Below, piece after piece: positions 38,333-49,700 of a stretch of 64,000 nt of DNA. The DNA is taken from positions 4,637,773 to 4,701,772 of the forward strand of contig BFEA01000004.1 in assembly GCA_003427395.1 (NCBI GenBank), read 5' to 3'. The position numbers and the translations under genes were made by a program. Each line of letters opens with the position of its first letter. The first letter of the stretch is position 1. The notes beneath the pieces were generated by a model. That model was given only the letters and a program-made list of their open reading frames with translations, did no database searches and was not told the DNA's origin. The DNA is from Chara braunii (taxonomy: Eukaryota; Plantae; Charophyceae).

Positions 38333-40705
38333 ATGTAAGCAGGGTGTAAAGGGTTAAATCATTGAAGGACTATGAACTATTGTTTGCTAAGTTTAACTTG
38401 GGGATGGCGAGAGCACTTACCTTTGTGGTTTGGCATTGCATGTGGCTGAGTGAGGCTACTACTTGGTCTGAGTTTCAGTTTGACAGGTAGTTGCTGTAGT
38501 TGCTTGCCACGTGCTAGAGCGATAGGAGTCTGTTCAATTTCTGCATTTTCTAAGCTAAGTTTTTTTCTTAGATCAATTCTCGCATTTTATGAGATCTTTT
38601 GTTATACTTGGCTTTGTAAAAATTTTGGTAAGTTACTTTCTCTACGGGAAGTGCTGCCGAAATTTTTGCAAATCCAAGGAGTTAGTTCAAATTTTGACTT
38701 GTCAAAGTTCGACTTGTCTAAAGTTTATGTACGACTTAGTAAAAATCTGAAAAGTCTCGTTTTCTAAAGGGAGTGTTGTCCAAATTTTTGTTAAATCAGG
38801 GAGTTGGACGAAATTGGACTTTGGAAAGTCAAACACTATTTTTGGTTTCATATTCGGGCTGATATAAACTCTGAAAACGCACGTTTCCTACGGGAAGCGC
38901 TGCCGAAATTTTCTTGATTTAGGGGAGAAGATTATATTTTGACAGGTGGCGATTTTGGCGATCCATCCTGTATAGGGGAGATTGTGTCAGGGTCTACCTT
39001 TGCTTTGGACACTGTTTAAAGGTAGATTCAGGCTTAGTCAATTAGGATGATTGAGTAAGATCGTGAGATGGAGTTGTATTCTCCATGGACTTATAGGTTT
39101 AGCCTGGGGATTGACCTGTCTTGTATTACAGGTCCTCTTGATCATATTGATTCAGGATTTGGACTAGGTTCAACTTGATCCTAGGAGGATCACCTTCTGT
39201 TATCATTGATAACAGGTCGGTTGCCGATTCGTCGGTTTACGATTCAACTCCAATTCACTCATGCCACTCAACCTAAAGACTTTAGCCTTGTGATTGAACT
39301 GTTTTGTTGTGTTTTCACCCGGACTTTATTGAATGGTCATCCAACAAAAGTACTGAGTATTTATTTAGGAGTTGCACGAGCGAGGCTTGTATGGCTAAAG
39401 CGAGGGGTATGTGTGCAAGGAATGGTTGAAGTTGACCCCGTGTAGTGCGTGAATTTTTGATTGAATCTTTGATGTGATTGCAGGTGCGTTTGTGGTTCGG
39501 ACTCTGGATGTTATTGCCTGTGATTACATACATATGTGGTTGAGAGGAGCCCCGCTGTGACTATGAGAACTGATCGCAGAAGTGATCGTCCTATATAATT
39601 ANCCCTCATATATTTACGAGTACCCTGAGTATTTGAGAGACCTGCCGTATTTGTGCATAAGGGCTATCCAGATTTTGTCTTGAGAGAGAAGGGAGTTTCC
39701 CTTTTTACCCTTGCTTTTTAGAGGTTGTATGGTTGGACGTTATAGTCCGTGGCAGTCGTCAAAGTCAAACCCCTTGACTTTCGCTCAGGCCCGGAGAAGG
39801 ACTCGTCTCCAGGGAAGAAAGAAATGACTGCCACCGCAGGTATGGACCTGTGTACCACCCGCTCTGCATAAGTTGCAGAAGAGGGTGTATGATCTTCAAC
39901 CGCCCATGGCGGTTGTCCAGCGTCGAGAGATTAACCCTCAAGGCGCGTGTCAGCCGACTCTTGAGTGTCGAACGCGACCCTCGAGATTAACGAGGATCGC
40001 CTGAGTATGGGTACTACATAGTACGCCATTGTGGCGACTGCCTGCGTACGCTTGCATTGCGAGTCGATATGAATTAGCCCTGCGTCCGCGCGGTTTTATA
40101 CTAAGTCCCGCGCCCGACGCCTATCCGACTTCCGCGACGGAAAGTTATGGGATGGCTACCGAGGGGCTAGGAGCGTTGTGACGTTGTTTGTGTTGCGTTG
40201 TTCGTGTGGGTCATTTCGTGCGTATGTGTGTGTGTGTGCGTGTTGTTGTTTTGTGGTTGTTAGAGTGGTGTGCGCGTGGTGTGTGGGATGCGTCCTAGTC
40301 GACCGGCGTTGAGCTGCGCTTGGGACTTCAGCCCCCCAAGATGTCAGTTCGCGTGCGGGTCCGATAGGCGTAATACCGCGCGTACCCCCTATGCTACAAC
40401 GAACGAGAAACGCCCTCGGCTGGTCCACCTCTGCGATTGCAACCGAGTAGCTTTCGTACTGTGGACTGGTAGCTCGGCGGGGATACGCCCACTGAAGGGA
40501 GGTGACAACTCCCGTAAGGTGGAGGTAAGTTGTGCCTCGCGTAGGCCCTATCCTGTCGTAGGGGCTCGCGAGAGGTGTGGCTGGCGCACTCGGCCGGAGC
40601 GGCCTAAGGAAGCTCCATGTGTATGTTCGTGACGAGGTTGGTCCAAGTCCTGCGTGACGCGGCCGGGAGGGTCCCGCGCTGCTGGACCGATGCACTCGAC
40701 ACCGG

Positions 40706-43700
40706 GCCTCGGCATGATAGGGGCCATCCAACCTACTCCCGACGATAATTAAGTTTCAGAATGGAGACCCTCCCCAAGGGAAATGGAATCCAGAGGACCT
40801 GCGTTCGTTACAGGAGAGATTGGTGTGTTAGATATAGTCCGTGCCTTGGATTACCGCATCCCCTTGCCCATCGGACACCTGCTAACCATCTCCGAACAGG
40901 CTAATGACCGGATGCTACAACACTGCAAAGCAAACCGGAAGCGATTTGCCCTCACTAAATTGGCAACTGTAAAAGGAAAGGATCTCGTTAGAGATCCGAA
41001 GCCAGAGGAGCCAAGCACCTCCGAACCTGTCCGGATGGGCCTAATTCGGAAAGACGATCACTTCCTACAGATCAAAGCCCTGCCATGGAGATCCGCGGAA
41101 TGTGACATGGAAGTCTGGGGAACCCCCTATAGTGCAGTTCTTGACTCCGGAGCCGCGGTCCCGGCCATCTCACTACGGGTGGTTGAGCGGGCTGGTCGGC
41201 GGAAAGACGTGATTTCCTCTCGCGGAGGGCAATCACTTCGTTTCCGCTGACGAAGGTAAGATTCGAGTTGCAGGAAGGATGTCCAACGTCCCTTTTCGAA
41301 TACGTAAAGTCCACACCTTAGGCGACGTAGTGGTCCTAAACGTGACCACATATGATGTCCTCGTCGGATTACCAACCCTCATAGCCTTACGGGCCACGCT
41401 GGATTTCGAACGACAAGCAGTTATCCTCAACAGCACCGGAGGAAAGCCATACACCGTTCCAATGCACCTCACCCTCTGAACAACCTCGATGTCTGAGCGA
41501 CAACGACCGGGACCCTGCGAAATCCTACGAATGATAAGGTGGGAAGAGTCCACGGGCGAATCCGACGTCGAACCCACATTACCACCGTCCACCTCCGAGA
41601 GTGAGGACGATGCGGATCCTCAAATTCTCGAGCTAACACGACAAAGAATCCGCTACCCACTTCGACAGAAAACCGCAGACACTTTCGTTTTCACAAGGGA
41701 TGCGCAATGAACCTGAGCGCTGATCATGGGAGAACCACTTATCCAGATATCTCGGTTGACGGATTCTTGGGAACCCCCGCAAACTATGTAGGAGGCGACC
41801 ACCCCATTGTTACCCAGATACCAGGATAAGCGGTCCTTCTGCGATCTCTCAAAAATCCCTCTCGGTTCATTGCTCACCAAAGGAAAAGAAATCCGACTGC
41901 TACAGAGGGGCGCCGAAAACTGGACTTCAGAACCCTCTGGGCTGTACAACCTTGCCCCGTTCAATATTGGGCTAAAAATCGAGAAGAAGGTCGTGGACCT
42001 CCGAGATATCGAGGACGGCATCACACCAGAGGAGCAAGTGGCAATCAGAGAAGAGGAAGCCCAGATGGTTGCCACGATCTTCTCCTGGCGTTCCGACCAT
42101 TCCTTCATATCATCTCCACCCACGAAAAAGACCCACGTGGTCAAGACCAAACAACTACCGGTGGCGATACGAGATTGCCACTACGAACTGCATGTGCCGG
42201 ACTATGTGCCGGATAAGATACACAAACTCATCGCAGACATCCTAACCGCATATCAGTGGGCGATTAGTACAGAGGACACAGACATAGGATTATCCCTGGT
42301 CATACAGCACGAGATCCAGACTGGCGCCCACCCGCCGATTCATTGTAAGCCATACCGATACTCGTTGGTCGAAAGACGAACCGCCCTAGAGCGTATCAGA
42401 GAATTCGAGGCCAACGGTTGGATCGAACCCGCTACCAGGCCGTGGCCCTTTCCCGTGGTTTTCGTCCCTAAAAAGACCGGATCCATTCGCATTTGCATCG
42501 ATTATCGGAAGCTGAATGACATCACGATCAAAGATGTATATCCCCTCCCACGGATTGATGATTTGTTGGATGCGATTGGGTGTGCTAACTACTTTAGTAA
42601 ATTCGATATCCGCCACGAGTTCCACCACATATTGGTGAAGGAAGAGGATCGTCCGAAAACGACGTTCGTGTTATTCGAAGGAACGTGGTAGTGGGTTCGA
42701 TGTCCTATGGGCATTTGCAACGCTCCGGCTATGTTTCAAAGGGCAATGAACATGACCTTTCATAATTTTGTTAACAAGACTCGGCTAGCACAGGGAATGG
42801 TGAACTTCTGCGTCATCGTGTACATGGACGACATCCTGGTGTATTCGGAATTGTTTCACGGACATGTGCAACACATCGAATAGACACTTGGAGCACTATG
42901 AGACGCGGGCTTCAAGATCGCCCTGGAGAAGAGCGAGTTTTTCCTGTCGGAAATCTCGTTCCTAGGGTACGTGGTGACGCGAGGGGGCTTGCGTCCGGAT
43001 TCGAGGAAGGTCGCGACAGTTCGAGACGCCCCGACGCCCACGTCGCTAACGCAAGTTCAAACCTTCTTGGGGCTGGCCTTGTACTACCGATGATTTATCA
43101 AGGGTTTCTCGGCAACCGCACGGCCTCTAACAAACCTCTTGCGAAAAGACCAACCGTTGAGATGGGACGCTGAGTGCGAGCAGGCCTTTGCGACATTGAA
43201 GGAAGCCTTGGCCACATCCCCTATTTTGATTCGGCCCGATCCCGAGAAGCAATTTGTGCTTATCATGGACTGGCAACCGGAAGCGATCTCCGCTATTTTG
43301 GCGCAAAAGGGGAAGGACGACTGTGAGCACGTCATCGAGTATGCATCTCGGACCGTACCAGACGAAAGGAGAAACGAGCCGGCGCCCCAAGGGGAATGCT
43401 ACGCCGTGGTGTGGGGGATTCAACACTTCCATCCGTATCTGTACGGACAGAGATTCCTCCTCGTCACGGATCATGAGCCCCTGTTGGCTCTCAAGAGGCT
43501 CACTAATTACATAGGCATGATTGGACGCTGGGCAGTGCTGCTGCAGGAGTACGATTTCGACATCATCCATCGGAAGACGGAAAGACACGGGAATGCGGAC
43601 GGGATGACACGACTGCACCGACCAATCAAGGTTACTAAGGGAGAAGAAATCGTCCCATGGAAAGAACCAGAACCATTCAATGGGCCACAGTACGAGTAGG

Positions 43701-45451
43701 TTGTCATCCTTCTACGTGCTAAGAAGTGACACATGACAATTAGCGATGAAGGTAATTCTGGTGGCCCCCTCTCTCCCCTCTCATCCTCGTCTCTCTTCTC
43801 TTTGCCTGACAAATTTTGTTATTTCTGTGAGGCGATCTCACGTGTCTATTCGGTCCCTATGCGTCCTAGCGGGGAAGGGTATGTCGAATGGGTAGATTGT
43901 CGGCATTGTGTTTCTATGGCCCATGGTGCCTGCATTCAGTATCGGAACGCGAACAAGGTTTGGTTATGTCCCTTGTGTCGATCCAACAAAATTCCTACGG
44001 AGGCCCTCTTTCTAGAAACCACGTCAGAGGGTTTAGAAAAAACCCGTAGGTTTTGAAGGGCCGAAGTATGGACAGATGTCGTTTTAATAGCCACCGTAGT
44101 TGGGAACCCCCTCCGGGACTTCACCAAAGAGGACCGTAGAAGGGCTAATGAGAGGGCATGGGACTATCGATGGAACAACGGATGGTTGGAAAAACGGAAG
44201 ACTGACGGTAGTGGGATTTGGATGGTCGTGCCCCACCCATTCGTAAGGTATGATTGGGTCAAGTCGGCGCACGAAGAGACCGCAACTCATTTTGCCGTAC
44301 GGATTACGGAGGCAACAATTGATAAAAACGAATGGTATTGGTCAAATATTCGCGACGATGTTAAATTCATCGTCCGAAATTGTCAGGTCTGCGCCGCTGA
44401 CAAGGCGCCGATTCAGCCGCCTAGGTCAATAGTGCCCACTGAAATCCAACGGCCGTTTCAGAGGGTTACATGGATACGACGGATATCGTCGTGCCCCCTG
44501 GACCAAATAGTTGTGAATATTCAATCCTCTTGGTGTTCCTCGACCACTTTTGAAAATGGATCGAGGCCTACCCATGTCAGACTAGGCAGACGGCAGAAAT
44601 AGCACTGTATGTCAACCGTTTCCTTGGGATGCATCAGGATATCGAGGAAATACTTACAGACAATAGAGCAGAGTTCCGAGGGGAAGTCATGAAGAATATA
44701 GTCATACATGGAGTGTCCATTCACAATACTGCCCCCCATATGTCTCAATCGAACGGTCTCGTAGAAATGCCAACCGGGTCATCAAGACGACACTCCGACG
44801 GAATATCACGGCTAGGGACACGCGACCATGGCCTATATTGTGGATCATATCTTGGCTGTACATCGAGGGACCCCACATGAATCTACGGGACTCTCGCCAC
44901 TTCAACTACGGACCAACAGCCTAGATTGCATCTCGATATCGAGCCTTAACGACGAAACGGCACTTGGCCGACGTCCCACAAGAGCAACGACCAAGAAAAA
45001 GGCGAAGCGCTATCTGGAGCTTATGGAGCGGGCCCTTCCCAAATTGGCCCGAAAGAGGCAGAGAATGACCGAATTTGCCCACGGCCGTCAGGTCCGCAGT
45101 TACGAGGCCCGAAATGGGAATGCCGGCCCCCGGCCCCAATATAAATTGGGGGACTTGGTGCAGGTAAGGAAATGTGCTCATCAAGGGAAACTAGCGCCAC
45201 GATTCTTCGGGTGCTTTCGAGTGATCGAGCTCGGACCTAACGGAGTGAACACCGTGCGCCTCGCTCCTGAAGTGGCAGGCAGGCGGTCAGCTAGGCCCAT
45301 AGTCCACCACGTGTCCTATCTCCGCCCTCTCTCTGTTTCCTCTCCTCCCTCTCCAACTGGGCCGCCCTCGGAATCGGACTCCGAGTGGGAAACTGACGTC
45401 CCCCAGTCTCATTTTTCTCCCCCTCCATCTTCTCCCTCCTCTTCGCCATGA
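40706..45451 (+). pseudogene. Ty3/gypsy pol pseudogene: protease, RT, RNase H, PHD finger, integrase
   Basis: AVLDSGA; RICIDYRKLN, YPLPRIDDL, YMDD at 42821-42832; VIEYASR, ECYAVVWG, TDHEPL, NADG; AHE...H...CQVC; LTDN, SNGLVE; KLAPRFFG. The PR-RT-RH-INT order defines Ty3/gypsy. Many stops and frameshifts. Confidence 0.95.
43817..43978 (+). other. PHD-type zinc finger (C4HC3) in the pol frame between RNase H and integrase
   Basis: CYFC...EWVDCRHCVSMAHGAC...WLCPLC; same frame as ORFs 43139 (RNase H) and 44186 (integrase). Confidence 0.85.
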
Positions 45452-46730
45452 GTTTTTCCACGGAACAGGTACTCAATGAGCGGATGTTAGCGCCACGCGG
45501 ACACATCTCGGTGATCAGACAAGTTCATCATCCTCGTATCAGCCCGGACGTGATCCGATTTGCCCAGTTTTTCAGCACGACAAACGTGCATGCGGCAGCA
45601 GAGTTCCGATCCGTGATACCCAACAACAAGGTACAGGTGTTGGCCGAAGCATCGGCCTTTCTGCGACTCTCGGCACCGGGGACCAGCCACATCTCGACAA
45701 TTGTCTCCTTTAGCGAAGACATCATTACGGTGGACCCGCGGGCGCATCCGAGCATCCTCTTCTCGCTGCGAGATTGGGGGAAAGGGTTGGTGAGTTCCCG
45801 GAGCTGCTTGCATGGCGAGGGGATAACGTCGTCAATACTAACAAGATTGACCTAGACGGCATCCACGTTCTCTGGCAGAATCCCGCGGTATCTCTCCCTG
45901 CACTCACCATCTTCTCGCGTCCTCAATGAACCATCGCAGGTTCTCCACCTTCAGCCTCTCCTCTGCCTTCCCTGTGTTCTGTCAGTCAGCGCTTCATCTT
46001 CGTCTCTCTTTCCGAGTACAACCGCTGATGGTCCCTCTCATTAAGCCCGAACAGTGGAAAGGGTGGTGGCAAACTTACCAGACTGTATCTCTGTACTTAG
46101 TCGAGATCAGGCTGAAGTGGACCAGAGACGGTGAGCACCTTGCCGCGAACGAGGAAGTGGAGTTGCTCAATATTCAGACGTGGAGAACGGGGGTGGAAGG
46201 GGATTTACTGGGATTCGTCTTCGGATCGGTGGAGGCAGGACATCGACAGTCGATCGTGGGAGAACTCTTAATCCTCCTAACACAGCTGCTGGGCGATTTT
46301 CCAATCGACATCGACTCACATTGCGACGAGATCCGACGCCACATATTCTTTCTCGCAACCTGACACCGTATCTACAGTGGTCGGCGTGCTTGGATGGCGA
46401 TTGGGACAACCGTAGTTACCCATCACACGAACTACCTAAACCCCGCAGAGATAATCGATCTTCTCTTCTTGGATCGAGGGGAGCCGACATCAGAAGAAGA
46501 AGAAGAGGAAGAAGAAGAGGAAGAAGAAAAAGAAGAAGAGGAAGAGGGAGACGAATCGGAAGATACCCCCGAAGAGGACGAGTATTACAGTGAGCACAGT
46601 GAGCATGAGTCGGGGGCGATAAGTGAAGAGGAAGGGGAGGAGAACGAGAGCGAGGAAGAACGGGCGGAACAAACGGGGGCATAGGGAGAGGACCCTGCTG
46701 AAGCCGAGCGACGTCGGGCAGAAATCGCGG
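45448..46730 (+). pseudogene. Additional ORFs 3' of integrase in the host element; the last continues at 53402 after the solo LTR
   Basis: ORFs 45448-45855, 45926-46363 and 46394-46684; rejoining across GCGG gives RRAEIA-EGKRTLEQVAGIDLPIPDDP. Confidence 0.6.
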
Positions 46731-49700
46731 TGTCGAGCGCATCGGTCCGGCACCGCACAAGGCAGCGCGGGACCCTCCCGGCCGCGTCACGCAGGAGTTG
46801 GTCTAGTCCTTGTTGCGAATATACATATGGAGCTTCCGCAAGCCGCTCCGGTCGAGTGCGTTAGCCATACCTCTCGCGAGCCCCTACGATAGGATAGGGC
46901 CTACGCGAGGCACGACTTACCTCCACCTTACGGAAGTTGTCGCCTCCCTTCGGTGGGCGTATCCCCGCCGAGCTACTAGTCCACAATACGAAAGCCGATC
47001 AATTGCAATCGTAGAGGTGGACCAGTTGAGGGCGTTTCTCGTTCGTTGTAGCATAGGGGGTACGCGTGGTATTACGCCTCTATCGAACCCGCACGCGAAC
47101 CGACATCTTGGGGGGCAGAGGTCCCGAGCGCGACTCGTTGCCGGTCGACTAAGACACATCCCACCCGCCACGCACACACCATTATAAAGAACATAAAAAT
47201 AAACACACACACACACACACATACGTACATATACATATACAGAATGACACTGAACGAACAACGCGACAACACTCATAGTCCCTTAGTAGCCATCCCATAA
47301 CTTTCCGATGCAGAAATTGGATAGGCGTCGTGCGCGAGGCTTAGTATAAAACCGCGCGGGCGCAGGGCTAACTGATATTGACTTGCAATGCAAGTATACG
47401 CAAGCAGTCGCAATGATGGCGTACTATATAGTACCCATACTCATGCGGTCCTCGTTAATCTCGAGGGTCGCATTCGACACTCAAGTGTCGGCTGACATGC
47501 GCCTTGAGGGATTGATCTCTCAACGTTGGACAACCGCCAAGCGCGGTTGAAAACTACACCCTCTTCTGCACCCTTGGGTGGTACACAGGTTCATACTGTG
47601 GTGGCAATCGTCTCTTATTGCCCTGGAGACCAGCTCCTTCATCTAGGGCCTGGAGAGAAGTCACGGGGTTTGACTTTGACGGTCGCCACGAACTACAACG
47701 TCCAGCTATAAAATTCTAAAAAGCAAAAGATAACAAGGGACCTCCCTTTTCTCTCAAAAACATAGTTTGTTTAACCCTTACGCACGGTCACAGTAGGCCA
47801 CGCGAAAACACCCAAGACATATATATTCACATATATAGAGGGTTATTAATATAGGACGATCACTTCTCATAGTCACAGTGGAGCATGCAGTCATATATAT
47901 ATGTATGTGAGCGCATGCAGTCAAATCCAAAGTCTGAATCACCAAACATACCTGCAACCACATCAAAGAGTCAACCAAGAGTCTATGCACTACACGGGGT
48001 CAACTTCAATCATTCTTTGCACTCACACCCCTTGCTTTTAGTCATATAAGCCTCACTCTTGTGCAGCTTCTCAAATAAAATACTCAGCACTTTTTTTTAA
48101 ATGACCATTCAAAATAAAGTTCGGACGAAAACACAACAAAATAGTTCAAATCACAAGGCTAAAGTCTTTAGGTTGAGTGGCAGGAGTGAATTGGAGCTGA
48201 ATCGTAAACCGACCAATCGGCAACCGGTCTGTTATCAGTGATAACAGAAGGTGATCTTTGTAGGGTCAAGCTGAATCTAGCCCAAATCCTGAATCAATCG
48301 ATCAAGAAGATCTGTGACACAAGACAGGTCAATGCCCCAAACTAAAATTATACGTGTATGAAGAATACAACTCCATAATACATCCTCACTCAAAATCATC
48401 CTAATTGACTAAGTCTGAGCATGCCTCTAAGCCAGTGCCCAAAGAAAGGTAGACTCTGACAGAGTCTCTTCTATATAAAGTGGATTGCCAGAATCGCCAC
48501 CTGTCAAAATGTATTCTATCTTCTCTTAAACTAAGAAAATTTCGGCAACGCTTCCCGTAGAAAAAGTGTCTTTCCAAAATTTATATCAGCCCGAATATAG
48601 AAATAGAAATAATGTTCAACTTTTCAGTCTTTCCAAAGTCAAATTTTGTCTAACTCCCTGAATTAGCAAAAATTTGGACAACACTCCCTTTAGAAAATGA
48701 GACTTCCCACATTTTTACTAAGCCATATAAAATTTAGATAAGCTGAACTTTGAAAAGTCAAAAGTAGACTAACTCCTTGGATTTGCAGAAATTTCGGCAA
48801 CGCTTCCCGTAGAGAAAGTAGCTTACCAAAATTTATACAAAGCCAAGTATAACAAAAGATCCCAGAAAATGTAGAAATTGATCTAATTTTTAAAAACTTA
48901 GCTCAGAAAATGCAGGAATTGAAACTAACTCCTATAACTCTAGCACGTGGCGAGCAACTAAAACAACTACCTATCAAACTGAAATTCAGACCAAGTAGTA
49001 ATCTCACTCAGTCACATGCAAGGCCAAACCACAAGGAGTAAGTACTCTCATCATCCCCAAGTCAAAATCCTCATAGATAGTTCATGAATCTTTCAGATGA
49101 TTTAACCCTTGTACCCGACTTACATATGGCGTAGTGCTAGACCATTCAACTTAGAAACAATGTCTAGCATGCCTCTAGGATATACACGAGCAGGTTGCAC
49201 TACTACTTCTTTCTTCTTTGGGCATGTGACTAGACCATTCGGCTTGAAAACAATGCCTAGTGGCCCTAAACTGTTTAATATCCAAAATTTAATAAGTTTC
49301 TGACTTTGTTCTCAAAAGAAAGTGCAAATATGGGCAGGGGACTGAACCATTCGGCTTGGAAACAATGTTCAGCTTGCCCAGACTATTTCCAATTATACTC
49401 TGTAATTTCCCTTCTCTTCTTAGCGATATTGCTTAGCGCCGGACCATTCGGGTTGGAAACAATGCTCAGCTGCCAGTTCACATGCAAATATAAGTAAAGT
49501 ACTTTTTTTTATACTCAATTTATACTTATGTGCGTGGTTTTCAGGCTAAACCATTCAGCTTAGAAACAATGCTCAGCCTTAGACCAAAAATCCTCCCTTA
49601 GAATAAAACGAGAAAACTCTTTCACATCAGACAGCCCTCAGAAAATAATTATAGCAACCAGGCCATTCATCTTAGAAACAATGCCTGACCCTTAAAAAAA

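Larger units (their letters stand above)
18960..40701 (+). mobile_element. 21.7-kb two-LTR retroelement with ~7-kb LTRs and no recognisable pol (LARD-like), 4-bp TSD CCGG
   Basis: Begins TGTAGGTGCG, ends CTCGACA; direct repeats 18960-26159 and 31932-40701; CCGG on both flanks; PBS follows the 5' LTR. Confidence 0.88.
31932..40701 (+). repeat. 3' LTR, interrupted at 32104-33682 by a nested inverted insertion
   Basis: TGTCGGTGCGAGTACCCTTACAAGGGTATCC at 31932; sequence resumes gcgcgcgtgattccg at 33683; ends CTCGACA at 40701. Confidence 0.9.
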
